Assembly: GCA_963832095.1 (NCBI GenBank)
Contig: CAWHSW010000009.1
Location: 14,994-78,993, forward strand
Reading direction: 5' to 3'
Origin: an uncultured Actinomycetes bacterium
GTDB taxonomy: Bacteria; Actinomycetota; Actinomycetes; Streptosporangiales; Streptosporangiaceae
DNA length: 64,000 bases
The translations under genes and the position numbers were made by a program. How positions within the stretch are numbered: the stretch's first letter is position 1; every line of letters begins with the position of its first letter. The notes beneath the pieces were generated by a model. The model saw only the letters and a program-made list of their open reading frames with translations. It searched no databases and was not told where the DNA came from. This document shows positions 28,250 through 37,830 of the stretch, piece after piece.

Positions 28250-30506
28250 CGCGTGGGCCGGTGATGCTGGTCACGGACGCCCCGGGGGCCTTCCCGTTCC
28301 CGGCCTTGCCGGCCGGGGCGGTGCCTGGCGCCACGGGGGCCGCCGGGGGCACGGGAGGCGCGGCGCCGTCCTTGGTGGCCTCCGCGTCCAGGCGGGGCCC
28401 GACGCCGAGCTTCTCCTTGATCTTCTTCTCGATCTCGTTGGCCAGGTCGGGATTGTCCTTCAGGAAGTTCCGCGAGTTCTCCTTGCCCTGCCCGAGCTGG
28501 TCACCCTCGTAGGTGTACCAGGCACCGGACTTGCGCACGATCGACTGCTCGACCCCGAGGTCGATAAGGCCGCCTTCCCGGCTAATCCCAAACCCGAAGA
28601 GGATGTCGCATTCGGCGACTTTGAAAGGAGGTGCCACTTTGTTCTTCACGACTTTAATCCGGGTCCGGCTGCCCACTGCCTCGGTGCCGTCTTTAAGCGT
28701 TTCGATCCGGCGCACATCCAGCCGTACCGACGCGTAGAACTTGAGCGCCCGCCCGCCGCTGGTGGTTTCCGGGCTGTTATGCACCATGACGCCGTCGACG
28801 AAGTAGTTGTGCGATCCCTCGACCTCGATGTCGAACCGGTTCATCGACCTCGTGCGCGGCTTGACGTGGACGTCCAGGATCCTGGCTGGCACCAGGTGCA
28901 TCTCGGGCTCCGCGAATTCCGGCTCTACCCGGAACCGGCCACGGAATCGCGGCAGCAGCTTGTACTCCATCGAGGGGTGCACGTACGGCGCGATGAGCCG
29001 CTGGAATTTCGCCGAGGCCTCGGTGGTGAACTGGAGGACAGCCATGCCGCGCGCGCCCCGCTCGGTGAGCTTGACGTCGAGCCGGCGGGTGTCCCGCAGG
29101 TAGTCCACCAGCCGGTCCCGGGACCCTGGGCTCATCGCCTGCACGCAGATCTCTATCCGGCCGGTGCCACCCTGGGTGCGCTCCTGGACGCCCTTCGACC
29201 GGAGCGTGAAGCACCCGTCGTCCAGGTACCAGACCGCGAGGGCGAACGGGGTGAGTGCCTTCAGGTACTCCCAGCTGAGGTGCTTCTGGCCGTCCCCGAA
29301 GTACACCGCTTCCCGTAGCTCGGCCAGTTCCGGGAGCGGGCTCAGGTCGGCGAAGACCGCGCCCTTGGCGTTGGCCGTCCGGGCGCAGCCGATGTTCCCG
29401 AGCAGGCTGACCTTCCAGTCCAGGTAGTCCGCCTGGGCGGCGCCGTGCCCCATCCGGAACCGGGTACCTGACCGGCCGCGGAGGTTCGGCGAGAGGCTGC
29501 CGTCCCCCATCAGCGCGCCCAGGATGAGCTGGATCTGCTGCCCGCTCAGCTTCCGCGGCCCGGCCAGCAGGACCCGGTCACCGGCGATCAGCTCGCCTGC
29601 CTCGTGCCAGCCGCCGGGGGTCCGGACGAGGTGGTTCTCCGTCGCGGCGAACTGGGCCCTCCCGTTCCCACCCGACTTGGCCACGGTGAACTGGAGGAAG
29701 CGCTCGGCCGGGCCGTTGTTGAACCAGTTGACGATGCGGCGCGGGACGGCGCGCCCGGTGTCCGGGTCGTAGGACAGCACCTCGACATCCCGGCGCTGGT
29801 TAACGATCTTGCCGATCTTCTCCTGCGTGCCGTCGGCCAGGGTCACCCTGGTCGAGTACGACATGCAGCCGAACATGACGCCGACCTTCTCCCGCAACTG
29901 GTTGATGAAGATGGCGGTGGTCTTGGTCTGGTTCAGCGCGCCGGCGAGCTTGCGCAGGGCCTGCGACATCAGCCGGGCCTGCAGGCCGACGTGGCTGTCT
30001 CCCATCTCGCCCTCGATCTCCGCCCGGGGCACCAGGGCGGCCACCGAGTCGATGACGATGACGTCGACCGCCCCGGAGCGGATCAGCATGTCCGCGATCT
30101 CCAGGGCCTGCTCGCCGGTGTCCGGCTGGGAGACGAGCAGCGCGTCGGTGTCCACCCCGAGGTTCTTGGCGTACTCCGGGTCCAGGGCGTGCTCGGCGTC
30201 GATGAACGCGGCGATCCCGCCCGCCTTCTGCGCGTTGGCCAGGGCGTGCAGCGCGAGGGTGGTTTTCCCGCTCCCCTCGGGCCCGTAGATCTCGACCACC
30301 CGGCCGCGGGGCAGGCCGCCGATGCCCAGCGCGACGTCCAGCGCGATGGACCCGGTCGGGATCACCTCCATCGGGGGCCGGCCCTCTTCGCCGAGCCGCA
30401 TGATCGACCCCCGGCCGAACTGCCGCTCGATCTGGGCCAGCGCGGTCTCCAGGGCCTTATCCCTGTCACCCCCGGTCCTGCTGACCATCCTGTCGCTGCC
30501 TGCCAT
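28239..30506 (-). CDS. recA: Recombinase RecA precursor (213-aa N-extein + 364-aa intein + 178-aa C-extein)
   Basis: [12 protein letters not shown] Walker A, ...[13 protein letters not shown] | C...VHN | [23 protein letters not shown]. The exteins are collinear with canonical RecA. Confidence 0.95.
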   Translation of the reverse strand: MAGSDRMVSRTGGDRDKALETALAQIERQFGRGSIMRLGEEGRPPMEVIPTGSIALDVALGIGGLPRGRVVEIYGPEGSGKTTLALHALANAQKAGGIAAFIDAEHALDPEYAKNLGVDTDALLVSQPDTGEQALEIADMLIRSGAVDVIVIDSVAALVPRAEIEGEMGDSHVGLQARLMSQALRKLAGALNQTKTTAIFINQLREKVGVMFGCMSYSTRVTLADGTQEKIGKIVNQRRDVEVLSYDPDTGRAVPRRIVNWFNNGPAERFLQFTVAKSGGNGRAQFAATENHLVRTPGGWHEAGELIAGDRVLLAGPRKLSGQQIQLILGALMGDGSLSPNLRGRSGTRFRMGHGAAQADYLDWKVSLLGNIGCARTANAKGAVFADLSPLPELAELREAVYFGDGQKHLSWEYLKALTPFALAVWYLDDGCFTLRSKGVQERTQGGTGRIEICVQAMSPGSRDRLVDYLRDTRRLDVKLTERGARGMAVLQFTTEASAKFQRLIAPYVHPSMEYKLLPRFRGRFRVEPEFAEPEMHLVPARILDVHVKPRTRSMNRFDIEVEGSHNYFVDGVMVHNSPETTSGGRALKFYASVRLDVRRIETLKDGTEAVGSRTRIKVVKNKVAPPFKVAECDILFGFGISREGGLIDLGVEQSIVRKSGAWYTYEGDQLGQGKENSRNFLKDNPDLANEIEKKIKEKLGVGPRLDAEATKDGAAPPVPPAAPVAPGTAPAGKAGNGKAPGASVTSITGPRGGA
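28776..29867 (-). mobile_element. RecA intein with a LAGLIDADG (dodecapeptide) homing-endonuclease domain
   Basis: Block [14 protein letters not shown]; block B TENH; LAGLIDADG motifs [11 protein letters not shown] and [10 protein letters not shown]; block [22 protein letters not shown] followed by Ser+1. 1092 nt, in frame. Confidence 0.9.
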
Positions 30507-30557
30507 GGAAACTCCCGTCCGGGTTCAGGGATGCTTGCTGGTTCAGTGCCGGTCCAG

Positions 30558-30579
30558 ACGCTACGCGGCAGCACCGACA
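30558..30579 (-). promoter_or_regulatory. RecA-NDp-type (PafBC-dependent, LexA-independent) promoter motif upstream of recA
   Basis: The minus strand reads TGTCGGTG-ctgccgcg-TAGCGT. This matches the mycobacterial consensus tTGTCRgtg-N8-TAnnnT, 52-73 nt upstream of the recA ATG. Confidence 0.6.
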
Positions 30580-30656
30580 GTTCCGCCGCACCGGGCCTGT
30601 GACACCCGGCTGTGCAGCCGCGCAGGGGGCTACGCCGCCCAGGCCCCTACCTTAGG

Positions 30657-30670
30657 CGAACAACTGTTCG
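30657..30670. promoter_or_regulatory. LexA SOS box (actinobacterial type)
   Basis: CGAACAACTGTTCG palindrome (consensus TCGAAC-N4-GTTCGA) ~150 nt upstream of recA, between the DUF3046 gene and recA. Confidence 0.75.
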
Positions 30671-30718
30671 ACCATGAACCCAACACGCCGGATCCGGGCC
30701 CGGAATTCTGCCGCGGGC

Positions 30719-30913
30719 TCAGCGCAGCGACGGCGGGACATCGAACTCTTCGGCGACCGCCCGCCAGACCCTCTTGGCGTCCTCCCCGTCGGCCAGCGCC
30801 TGCTCCACCGTCCGCCCGCCCAGCTCGGCCAGGACATGGTCCTTGGCGACGCTGGTCGCGTAGGTGTCGCCGAACTGCGCCCGCATCCGCTGCCAGAACT
30901 CGCTGAGCCGCAC
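30719..30913 (-). CDS. DUF3046 domain protein (Rv2738c-like, recA-associated)
   Basis: MRLSEFWQRMRAQFGDTYATSVAKDHVLAELGGRTVEQAL; GTG start after GGGAGG; conserved position upstream of recA. Confidence 0.8.
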   Translation of the reverse strand: MRLSEFWQRMRAQFGDTYATSVAKDHVLAELGGRTVEQALADGEDAKRVWRAVAEEFDVPPSLR

Positions 30914-31128
30914 GGTCCTCCCCTGCCGTCCACGCTGCCTGCCGGTGAGGCTACCGGCGGCCGGGCGGCGAGCCCAACCTCGGAGCTAATCCGGAGCAAA
31001 ATCAGAGGTATGTGAGCAGCCTGGTGGGGAAGGGTCATAGCGGGTGCCCCGTAGCGGAGTCAGGCAGGTCCTGGGCACATCGGATTGGCCTGGCCGGCCC
31101 GGCCGGGCCTGACCCGCCTGGAGTGCAG

Positions 31129-31803
31129 ATGGATCCAGCAGGCAGCGGCGGCCCGCCCACCGCGGTGGCGCGAGGCGCCGGCCAGCCAGCTGGATCCGGG
31201 ACTGAACCAGGACAGCCGCGGCACACCGACGGGTTCGCGGTGGCCACCCTGGTCTCCGGCATCGTGCCGGCCGTGCCGCTCACCCTGATCCTCGGCCCGG
31301 TGGCGCTGATCCGGATCAGCCGGACCCGGGCCCGGGGCCGGTCGCTGGCCATCACCGGGCTGGTGCTGGCCGGCCTGTGGACCATCGCCGCGGCTCTCGG
31401 CGGCGCCGTGTACCTGACCCGGCACCACCAGCCGCCCCGGCCGGCCGCGCTGCCCGGCGTGTTCAGCCTGCGCACCGGGCAGTGCGTCGATTCCGGGCCG
31501 AACGGGATCAGCAGCCCGGCCGTGGTGTCCTGCAACCAGCCGCACGACGCGGAAGTGTTCGGCACGTTCCCGCTGGCGGGTCACCGTTACCCGGGCGCCG
31601 CCCCGGTCCGGCAGCAAGCGGACCAGGGCTGCGCCGCCCGGCTGAGCGGCTACCTGAACCCGCAGCTCTCGCTGTCCTCGCTGACCGAGTCCTACGTCTA
31701 CCCGGACGCGGGCGCCTGGGCGGCGGGCGAGCGGACCGTGGTCTGCACCGTGCGCAGCGCGTCCGGCCAGCTCACCGGTTCGGTCCGGGACGCCCCTGGC
31801 TGA
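31129..31803 (+). CDS. DUF4190 membrane domain + septum-formation-family domain protein
   Basis: TM region FAVATLVSGIVPAVPLTLILGPVALIRISRTRARG, then CVDS...VSCNQPHDAEVFG...GCAARLSGYL...TVVCTV. The start at ATG 31129 is uncertain. Confidence 0.7.
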   Translation: MDPAGSGGPPTAVARGAGQPAGSGTEPGQPRHTDGFAVATLVSGIVPAVPLTLILGPVALIRISRTRARGRSLAITGLVLAGLWTIAAALGGAVYLTRHHQPPRPAALPGVFSLRTGQCVDSGPNGISSPAVVSCNQPHDAEVFGTFPLAGHRYPGAAPVRQQADQGCAARLSGYLNPQLSLSSLTESYVYPDAGAWAAGERTVVCTVRSASGQLTGSVRDAPG

Positions 31804-31865
31804 CCCGGCCGGCCCCGCGGGCCGGGCGGTCAATCCTGTCGGCACCGCCAGGCAGTATTAAAGAC

Positions 31866-34800
31866 ATGTCCGCTTCCCCCGGCCGGGATCCCATGGAGGG
31901 ATTCAGCGCGGTCACCCGCGACTGGTTCACGGCCGCCTTCGCCGCGCCCACCGAGGCGCAGGTTCAGGCCTGGGCGGCCATCGGCAAGGGCGAGAACACG
32001 CTGGTGATCGCCCCGACCGGGTCCGGCAAGACGCTGGCCGCGTTCCTCTGGGCACTCGACCGGCTGGCGGCCGCACCAACCCCTTCCGATGCCGAACGCC
32101 AGTGCCGGGTGCTGTATATCTCGCCGCTCAAGGCCCTTGCGGTGGACATCGAGCGCAACCTGCGCGCCCCGCTGACCGGTATCCGGCACACCGCGCAGGC
32201 GATCGGCGGCAGCCCGCCCGACATCCAGGTCGCGGTGCGCACCGGGGACAGCAGCCCGGAAGAGCGCCGCCGCCTGGCCGCCCACCCGCCGGACATCCTG
32301 ATCACCACGCCCGAATCCCTGTTCCTGCTGCTCACCTCCAAGGCGCGGGACGTGCTGCGCGGCGTGGACACGGTCATCGTGGACGAGGTGCACGCGCTGG
32401 CCGGCAGCAAGCGCGGCGCGCACCTGGCGCTGTCGCTGGAGCGGCTGGACGCGCTCGAGCCGGGCCGCGCGCCCGCGCAGCGCATCGGCCTGTCCGCGAC
32501 CGTCCGGCCGGCCGGGGTGGTCGCGTCGTTCCTCGGCGGGGCCCGGCCGGTCACGGTGGCCGCGCCGCCCAGCAGCAAGCGGCTGGACCTGCGCATCGTG
32601 GTGCCGGTCGAGGACATGACCGACCTGGAGACGGCGGCCGGCCCGGAGACCCCGGACGGGCAGGCGCCGCGCCGGTCCATCTGGCCGCACGTGGAAGAAC
32701 GGGTGCTCGACCTGATCGAGCAGCACCGGTCCACGATCGTGTTCGCCAACTCGCGGCGGCTGGCTGAGCGGCTCTGCGCCCGGCTCAACGAGCTCGCCGC
32801 CGAGCGCGCCGAACTGCGGGCCTCCCCAGGCGGTGGGCCGGCCGGCGCAATGACACTGCCGGCCCAGATCATGGCCCAGGCCGGGGCCACCGGCGGAGCG
32901 CCGCCCGAGGTGGCCCGGGCGCACCACGGGTCGGTGTCCCGGCAGGAGCGGGCCCAGATCGAGGAAGCGCTCAAGGCTGGCCGGCTGCCCGCGGTGGTGG
33001 CCACGTCCAGCCTGGAACTGGGCATCGACATGGGCGCGGTGGACCTGGTCGTCCAGGTGGAGTCGCCGCCGTCGGTGGCCAGCGGACTGCAGCGCACCGG
33101 CCGGGCCGGGCACAACGTGGGCGACGTGTCCCGCGGCGTGATCTTCCCCAAGTACCAGGGCGACCTGGTGCAGGCCGCGGTGGTGGCCCGGCGGATGCGC
33201 GCGGGCCAGATCGAGGAGCTGAGCGTCCCGCGCAACCCGCTCGACGTGCTGGCCCAGCAGATCGTGGCGATGACCGCGATGGATGACTGGGCGGTCGCCG
33301 ACCTGGAGCAGGTGATCCGGCGGGCCGCCCCGTTCGCCAGCCTGACCCGGCCGGTGCTGGAAGCCGTGCTGGACATGCTGGCCGGCCGCTACCCCAGCGA
33401 GGAGTTCGCGGAACTGCGCCCCCGGCTGGTCTGGGACCGGACCACGGGCACGCTGCACGGCCGGCCAGGCGCCCAGCGGCTGGCCGTGACTAGCGGCGGC
33501 ACCATCCCGGACCGCGGCCTGTTCGGCGTGTTCCTGGCCACCTCGCAGCGCGAAGCCAACGGCCGCAACTCGCACCGGGTCGGTGAGCTGGACGAGGAGA
33601 TGGTGTACGAGTCGCGGGTCGGCGACGTGTTCGTGCTCGGTGCCAGCTCCTGGCGGATCGAGGACATCACCGCCGATCAGGTGCTGGTCTCCCCCGCGCC
33701 GGGTCAGCCGGGCAAGCTGCCGTTCTGGCACGGCGACGCGCCCGGGCGGCCGGTGGAGCTGGGCCGCGCGCTCGGTGCCTACTGCCGGGAGCTGGCCAGC
33801 GCCACCGAGCAGGACGCGGTCGGCCGGCTGCGCGCCGACGGCCTGGACGAGCTGGCCGCGGCCAACCTGGTCCGCTACCTGGCCGACCAGCGTGAGGCGA
33901 CCGGGTACGTGCCGGACGACCGCACCCTGGTGCTGGAACGGTTCCGGGACGAGCTGGGCGACTGGCGGCTGGTGCTGCACAGCCCGTTCGGCGCGCCGGT
34001 GCACGCGCCCTGGGCGCTGGCCATCGCGGCCCGGCTGCGCGAGCGCTACCAGGGCATGGATGTGCAGGCCATGCACACCGACGACGGGATCGTGATCCGG
34101 GTACCGGACAGTGACGAGCCGCCGCCGGCCGGCCTGGCCGAGCTGGCCCCGGAGGACGTGGAACAGCTGGTCACCGGCGAGCTGGGCAACTCGGCGCTGT
34201 TCGCGTCGCGGTTCCGCGAGTGCGCGGCCCGCGCGCTGCTGCTGCCCCGGCGCACGCCGGGCCGCCGCAGCCCGCTGTGGCAGCAGCGGCAGCGGTCCGC
34301 GCAGCTGCTGTCGGTGGCCCGCAAGTACGGCACGTTCCCGATCGTGCTGGAGACGGTGCGGGAATGCCTGCAGGACGTGTTCGACGTGCCTGGCCTGGTC
34401 GGCCTCATGCGGGAGCTGGCCACCCGGCAGATCCGGCTGGTCGAGGTGGAGACGGCCACGCCGTCCCCGTTCGGCCGGTCCATGCTGTTCCGTTACGTCG
34501 GCGCGTTCATGTACGAGGGGGACGCGCCGGTCGCGGAACGCCGCGCCCAGGCGCTGGCGCTGGACTCGGCGCTGCTCGCCGAGCTGCTCGGCCAAGCCGA
34601 CCTGCGCGAACTGCTCGACTCGGCGGTGGTCGCCGAGACAGAGCGGGAACTGCAGCGGCTGCTGCCCAGCCGGGCCTGCCGGGACGCCGAGGGCGTGGCC
34701 GACCTGCTGCGTGGCACCGGGCCGCTGTCCGCGGCCGAGGTGGCGGAGCGGTGCCAGGACCCGGCGGCCGCGGACGGCTGGCTGGCCGGCCTGCTGGCCC

Positions 34801-36765
34801 AGCGCCGCACGCTGCAGATCCGGGTGGCGGGCGAGGCCCGCTGGGCCGCCATCGAGGACGCCGGGCGGCTGCGTGACGCGCTCGGCGTGCCGCTGCCGCC
34901 CGGCGTGCCGGCCGCGTTCACCGAACCGGTGGCCGACCCGCTCGGCGACCTCACCGCCCGGTACGCCCGCGGCCACGGCCCGTTCACCACGGCCGACGTG
35001 GCGGCCCGGTACGGGCTCGGCGTGGCCGTGATCACCGGGACGCTGCGCCGGCTGGCCGCCGACGGACGGGTCGCCGAGGGCGAGTTCCTGCCCGGGCGGC
35101 GCGGCACGCAGTGGTGCGACACCGGCGTGCTGCGCCTGCTGCGCCGCCGCTGCCTGGCCAAGCTGCGCAAGGAGGCGGAACCGGTCCCGGCCGCCGCGCT
35201 GGCCCGGTTCCTGCCTGCCTGGCAGCAGGCCGGGCAGCCGCTGGCCGGGGCTGGGGCGGTGCCGGGCAGCCGGACCGGGCGGCGGCACGGCGGGCCCGGA
35301 CCAGGTGTACGAGGCCATCGACCAGCTGGCCGGGGCGGCGGTGCCCGCGTCCGCGCTGGAGACGCTGATCCTGCCCGGCCGGGTGCCGGGTTACCAGCCC
35401 GCCATGCTGGACGAGCTGACCGCCGCGGGCGAGATCGTCTGGACCGGGGCAGGTGGCCTGCCCGGCGGTGATGGCTGGCTGGTGCTGGCGCCCGCCGACA
35501 CCGCGCCAGTGCTGCTGCCCGCGCCCGGCGAGATCACCCTGACCCCGCTGCACCAGGCCGTGCTGGCCGCGCTGGACGGCGGCGGCGGGCTGTTCTTCCG
35601 GATGCTCGCGGACCGGGCCATCAGCCTGCTGCCGGAGCCGGAGCGGGCCGCGGCCAGCGACGCCGCGCTGGCCGCGGCCATCTGGGACCTGGTCTGGGCG
35701 GGCCGGCTGAGCAACGACACGCTGGCTGCGCTGCGCACGGTGCTGAGCACCGGCCGGCCGATAGCGCCCGACGACGGGCCCGCCGCTGCCCAGCCCAGTG
35801 CCGGGCTCGCTGGCGCGGAGCCGGCCGGTGCCGGGCTGACCGGTGCCGGGCTGAATGGTGCCGGGCTGAACGGCTCGGGGATTGCCCGCCCGAGCTTGGG
35901 CGGCGCTGGTTTCGGCAGTACCGGATCGCGCCGTCGCGGCACCGGCCGCCCAAGCACGGGCCGGATGGGCGCCCGCCGGCCCGGCTCCGGCCGCCCGGCG
36001 ATGCCCAGCCGGACCGGGCCGCCGACCGTGTCCGGCCGCTGGTTCCTGGTGCCGCCCGCCGACCCGGACCCAACCCGGCGGCTGCACGCGGTGGCCCGTA
36101 CCCTGCTCGACCGGCACGGCATCCTGATCCGCGGCGCGGTGGCCAGCGAACGGGTCCCGGGCGGCTTCGCCGCCATCTATCCGGTGCTGCGCGCGATGGA
36201 AGACGCCGGCCAGTGCCGCCGCGGCTATTTCGTCGAGGGCCTGGGCGCGGCGCAGTTCGCGCTGCCCGGCGCGGTGGACCGGATGCGCGCGATGGCGGCC
36301 GACGCCGAGCAGGGTGAGCAGGCCGACCCGTGGAGCCGGCCCGCGCCGGGGCAGCAGGCCGGTTCCGGCCAGCCCAGCCGGGCCGCCGGGCCCGCCCCGG
36401 TCGTGCTGGCCGCCGGGGACCCGGCCAACCCGTTCGGCGCGGCGCTGCCCTGGCCGGACCGGCCGGACGAGACGCCGGGCGGCCACCGGCCGGGCCGCAA
36501 GGCCGGGGCCCTGGTCGTGCTGACCGGCGGCCACCTGGTGCTCTACGTCGAGCGCGGCGGCAAGACCATACTGTCCTGGACCAGCGATCCGGCCGTGCTC
36601 GGCCCGGCGGCCGCGGCGCTGGCCGGCGTGGCGCGCGGCGGGGCGCTGGGCCGACTGACCATCGAGCGGGCTGACGGGGAAACCGTGCACGGCTCACCGC
36701 TGGCCCATGCGCTGGAGGAAGCCGGCTTCCGGGCCACCCCGCGTGGCCTGCGGCTACGCCGCTAA
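31866..36765 (+). CDS. lhr: ATP-dependent helicase Lhr (~1630 aa); frame break within ~35215-35300
   Basis: APTGSGKTLAAF, VDEVHAL and HHGSVSRQER helicase motifs in ORF 31377..35471. The Lhr C-terminal domain continues in ORF 35305..36765 (+1 frame), and the N-frame tail after ~35290 is Arg/Gly-rich nonsense. Confidence 0.88.
35827..35871 (+). repeat. 15-nt tandem repeat GGTGCCGGGCTGA(CC/AT/AC) x3 inside lhr, encoding GAGLT-GAGLN-GAGLN
   Basis: Seen directly. Confidence 0.85.
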
Positions 36766-36921
36766 CGGCTGGTCCATTATCGGAACGAAATACGCAAACT
36801 ACCTATAACGCCAAAAAGTTATCCCGGCTCCCCGGCGTTCGCTGCCAATGGCGGCGGCCTGGGCACTATCCTCCGTAGGCACCGTTGCCACGGCAGGGGC
36901 GGCACGGAACGGGAGGATGCG

Positions 36922-37827
36922 GTGGCCAACGCGCAAGGCATTGACGTGTCGAGCTTCCAGGGCGCGTTCGACTGGGCGGCGAAAAAGGGGGTCATCTCCT
37001 TCGGCTTCGCGAAGGCGACTGAGGGGACGACGATCACCGACCCGGAATTCGCCCGGAACTGGGCGCAGATCAAAGCCATGGGGTTCGTCCGCGGCGCGTA
37101 CCACTTCGGGCATCCCAAGGACGGCGCGGCCGCCAATGCCCAGGCTTTCCTGGCCGCGGTCCGCGCTCAGGGCCTGGAGCGTGGCGACCTGCTCGCGCTC
37201 GACCTGGAGACCACGGACGGGCTGGGCCCGGCGCAGGTCGCTACGTTCGCGCAGAACTGGTGCGCGGAGGTCGGCGCGGCCACCGGGCGCCAGCCCATCG
37301 TCTACACGTTCATCAGCTTCGCCGAGGAAGGCAACTGCGCCGGCCTCGGCGGCTACCCATTGTGGATCGCCGACCCGTCCAGCCCGGCCGGGCACCCCAC
37401 CGTGCCACGCCCGTGGACGACGTGGGCCTTTCACCAGTACGCGACCACGCTGGTAGACCAGGACGTGTTCAACGGGGACACGGCCGCACTGAAGAAGTTC
37501 GCCAACCCAGCCCGAGCACCTCAGCAGGAGGACGAAGTGCAGACCGGAACCCTCGTCAACGGCGCGAACGCGGTCACGCCGATCTCGATACCGTTCGGCA
37601 GCGCCAAGGAGATCGGTTTCGCCTGTGACAACGGTCTGCAGAAGCTGCCCGCGGCGGAACTCCGGGTCGCGGTGTATGACGGCGGCTGGGCCGTGCACAG
37701 TTCGGTGCAGGTGGACAGCACCAAGGGCCAGACCGTGATCAAGTTCAGCAAGCCCGCGTCCACTTCCGTGGTGTCGGTGCAGCGCCTGGACGCCGGCGAC
37801 GTCAACGTGAGCTTCCAGGTCTCCTGA
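36922..37827 (+). CDS. GH25 family muramidase (lysozyme) with an uncharacterised ~100-aa C-terminal domain; no signal peptide
   Basis: GTG 36922 after GGGAGGA. The protein starts directly with GIDVSSFQGAFDW...KATEG...GAYHF...LALDLE (GH25 catalytic signature). Confidence 0.8.
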   Translation: MANAQGIDVSSFQGAFDWAAKKGVISFGFAKATEGTTITDPEFARNWAQIKAMGFVRGAYHFGHPKDGAAANAQAFLAAVRAQGLERGDLLALDLETTDGLGPAQVATFAQNWCAEVGAATGRQPIVYTFISFAEEGNCAGLGGYPLWIADPSSPAGHPTVPRPWTTWAFHQYATTLVDQDVFNGDTAALKKFANPARAPQQEDEVQTGTLVNGANAVTPISIPFGSAKEIGFACDNGLQKLPAAELRVAVYDGGWAVHSSVQVDSTKGQTVIKFSKPASTSVVSVQRLDAGDVNVSFQVS

Positions 37828-37830
37828 GCG

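Noticed and set aside
31837-31861. TGTCGGCA ... TATTAA upstream of lhr as a second RecA-NDp promoter. lhr is damage-induced independently of LexA in mycobacteria.
   Set aside because: The spacing from TGTC to the TA hexamer is 3 nt too long, and the hexamer does not fit TAnnnT. It may still be an ordinary promoter giving a near-leaderless lhr mRNA, but I cannot support the NDp call.
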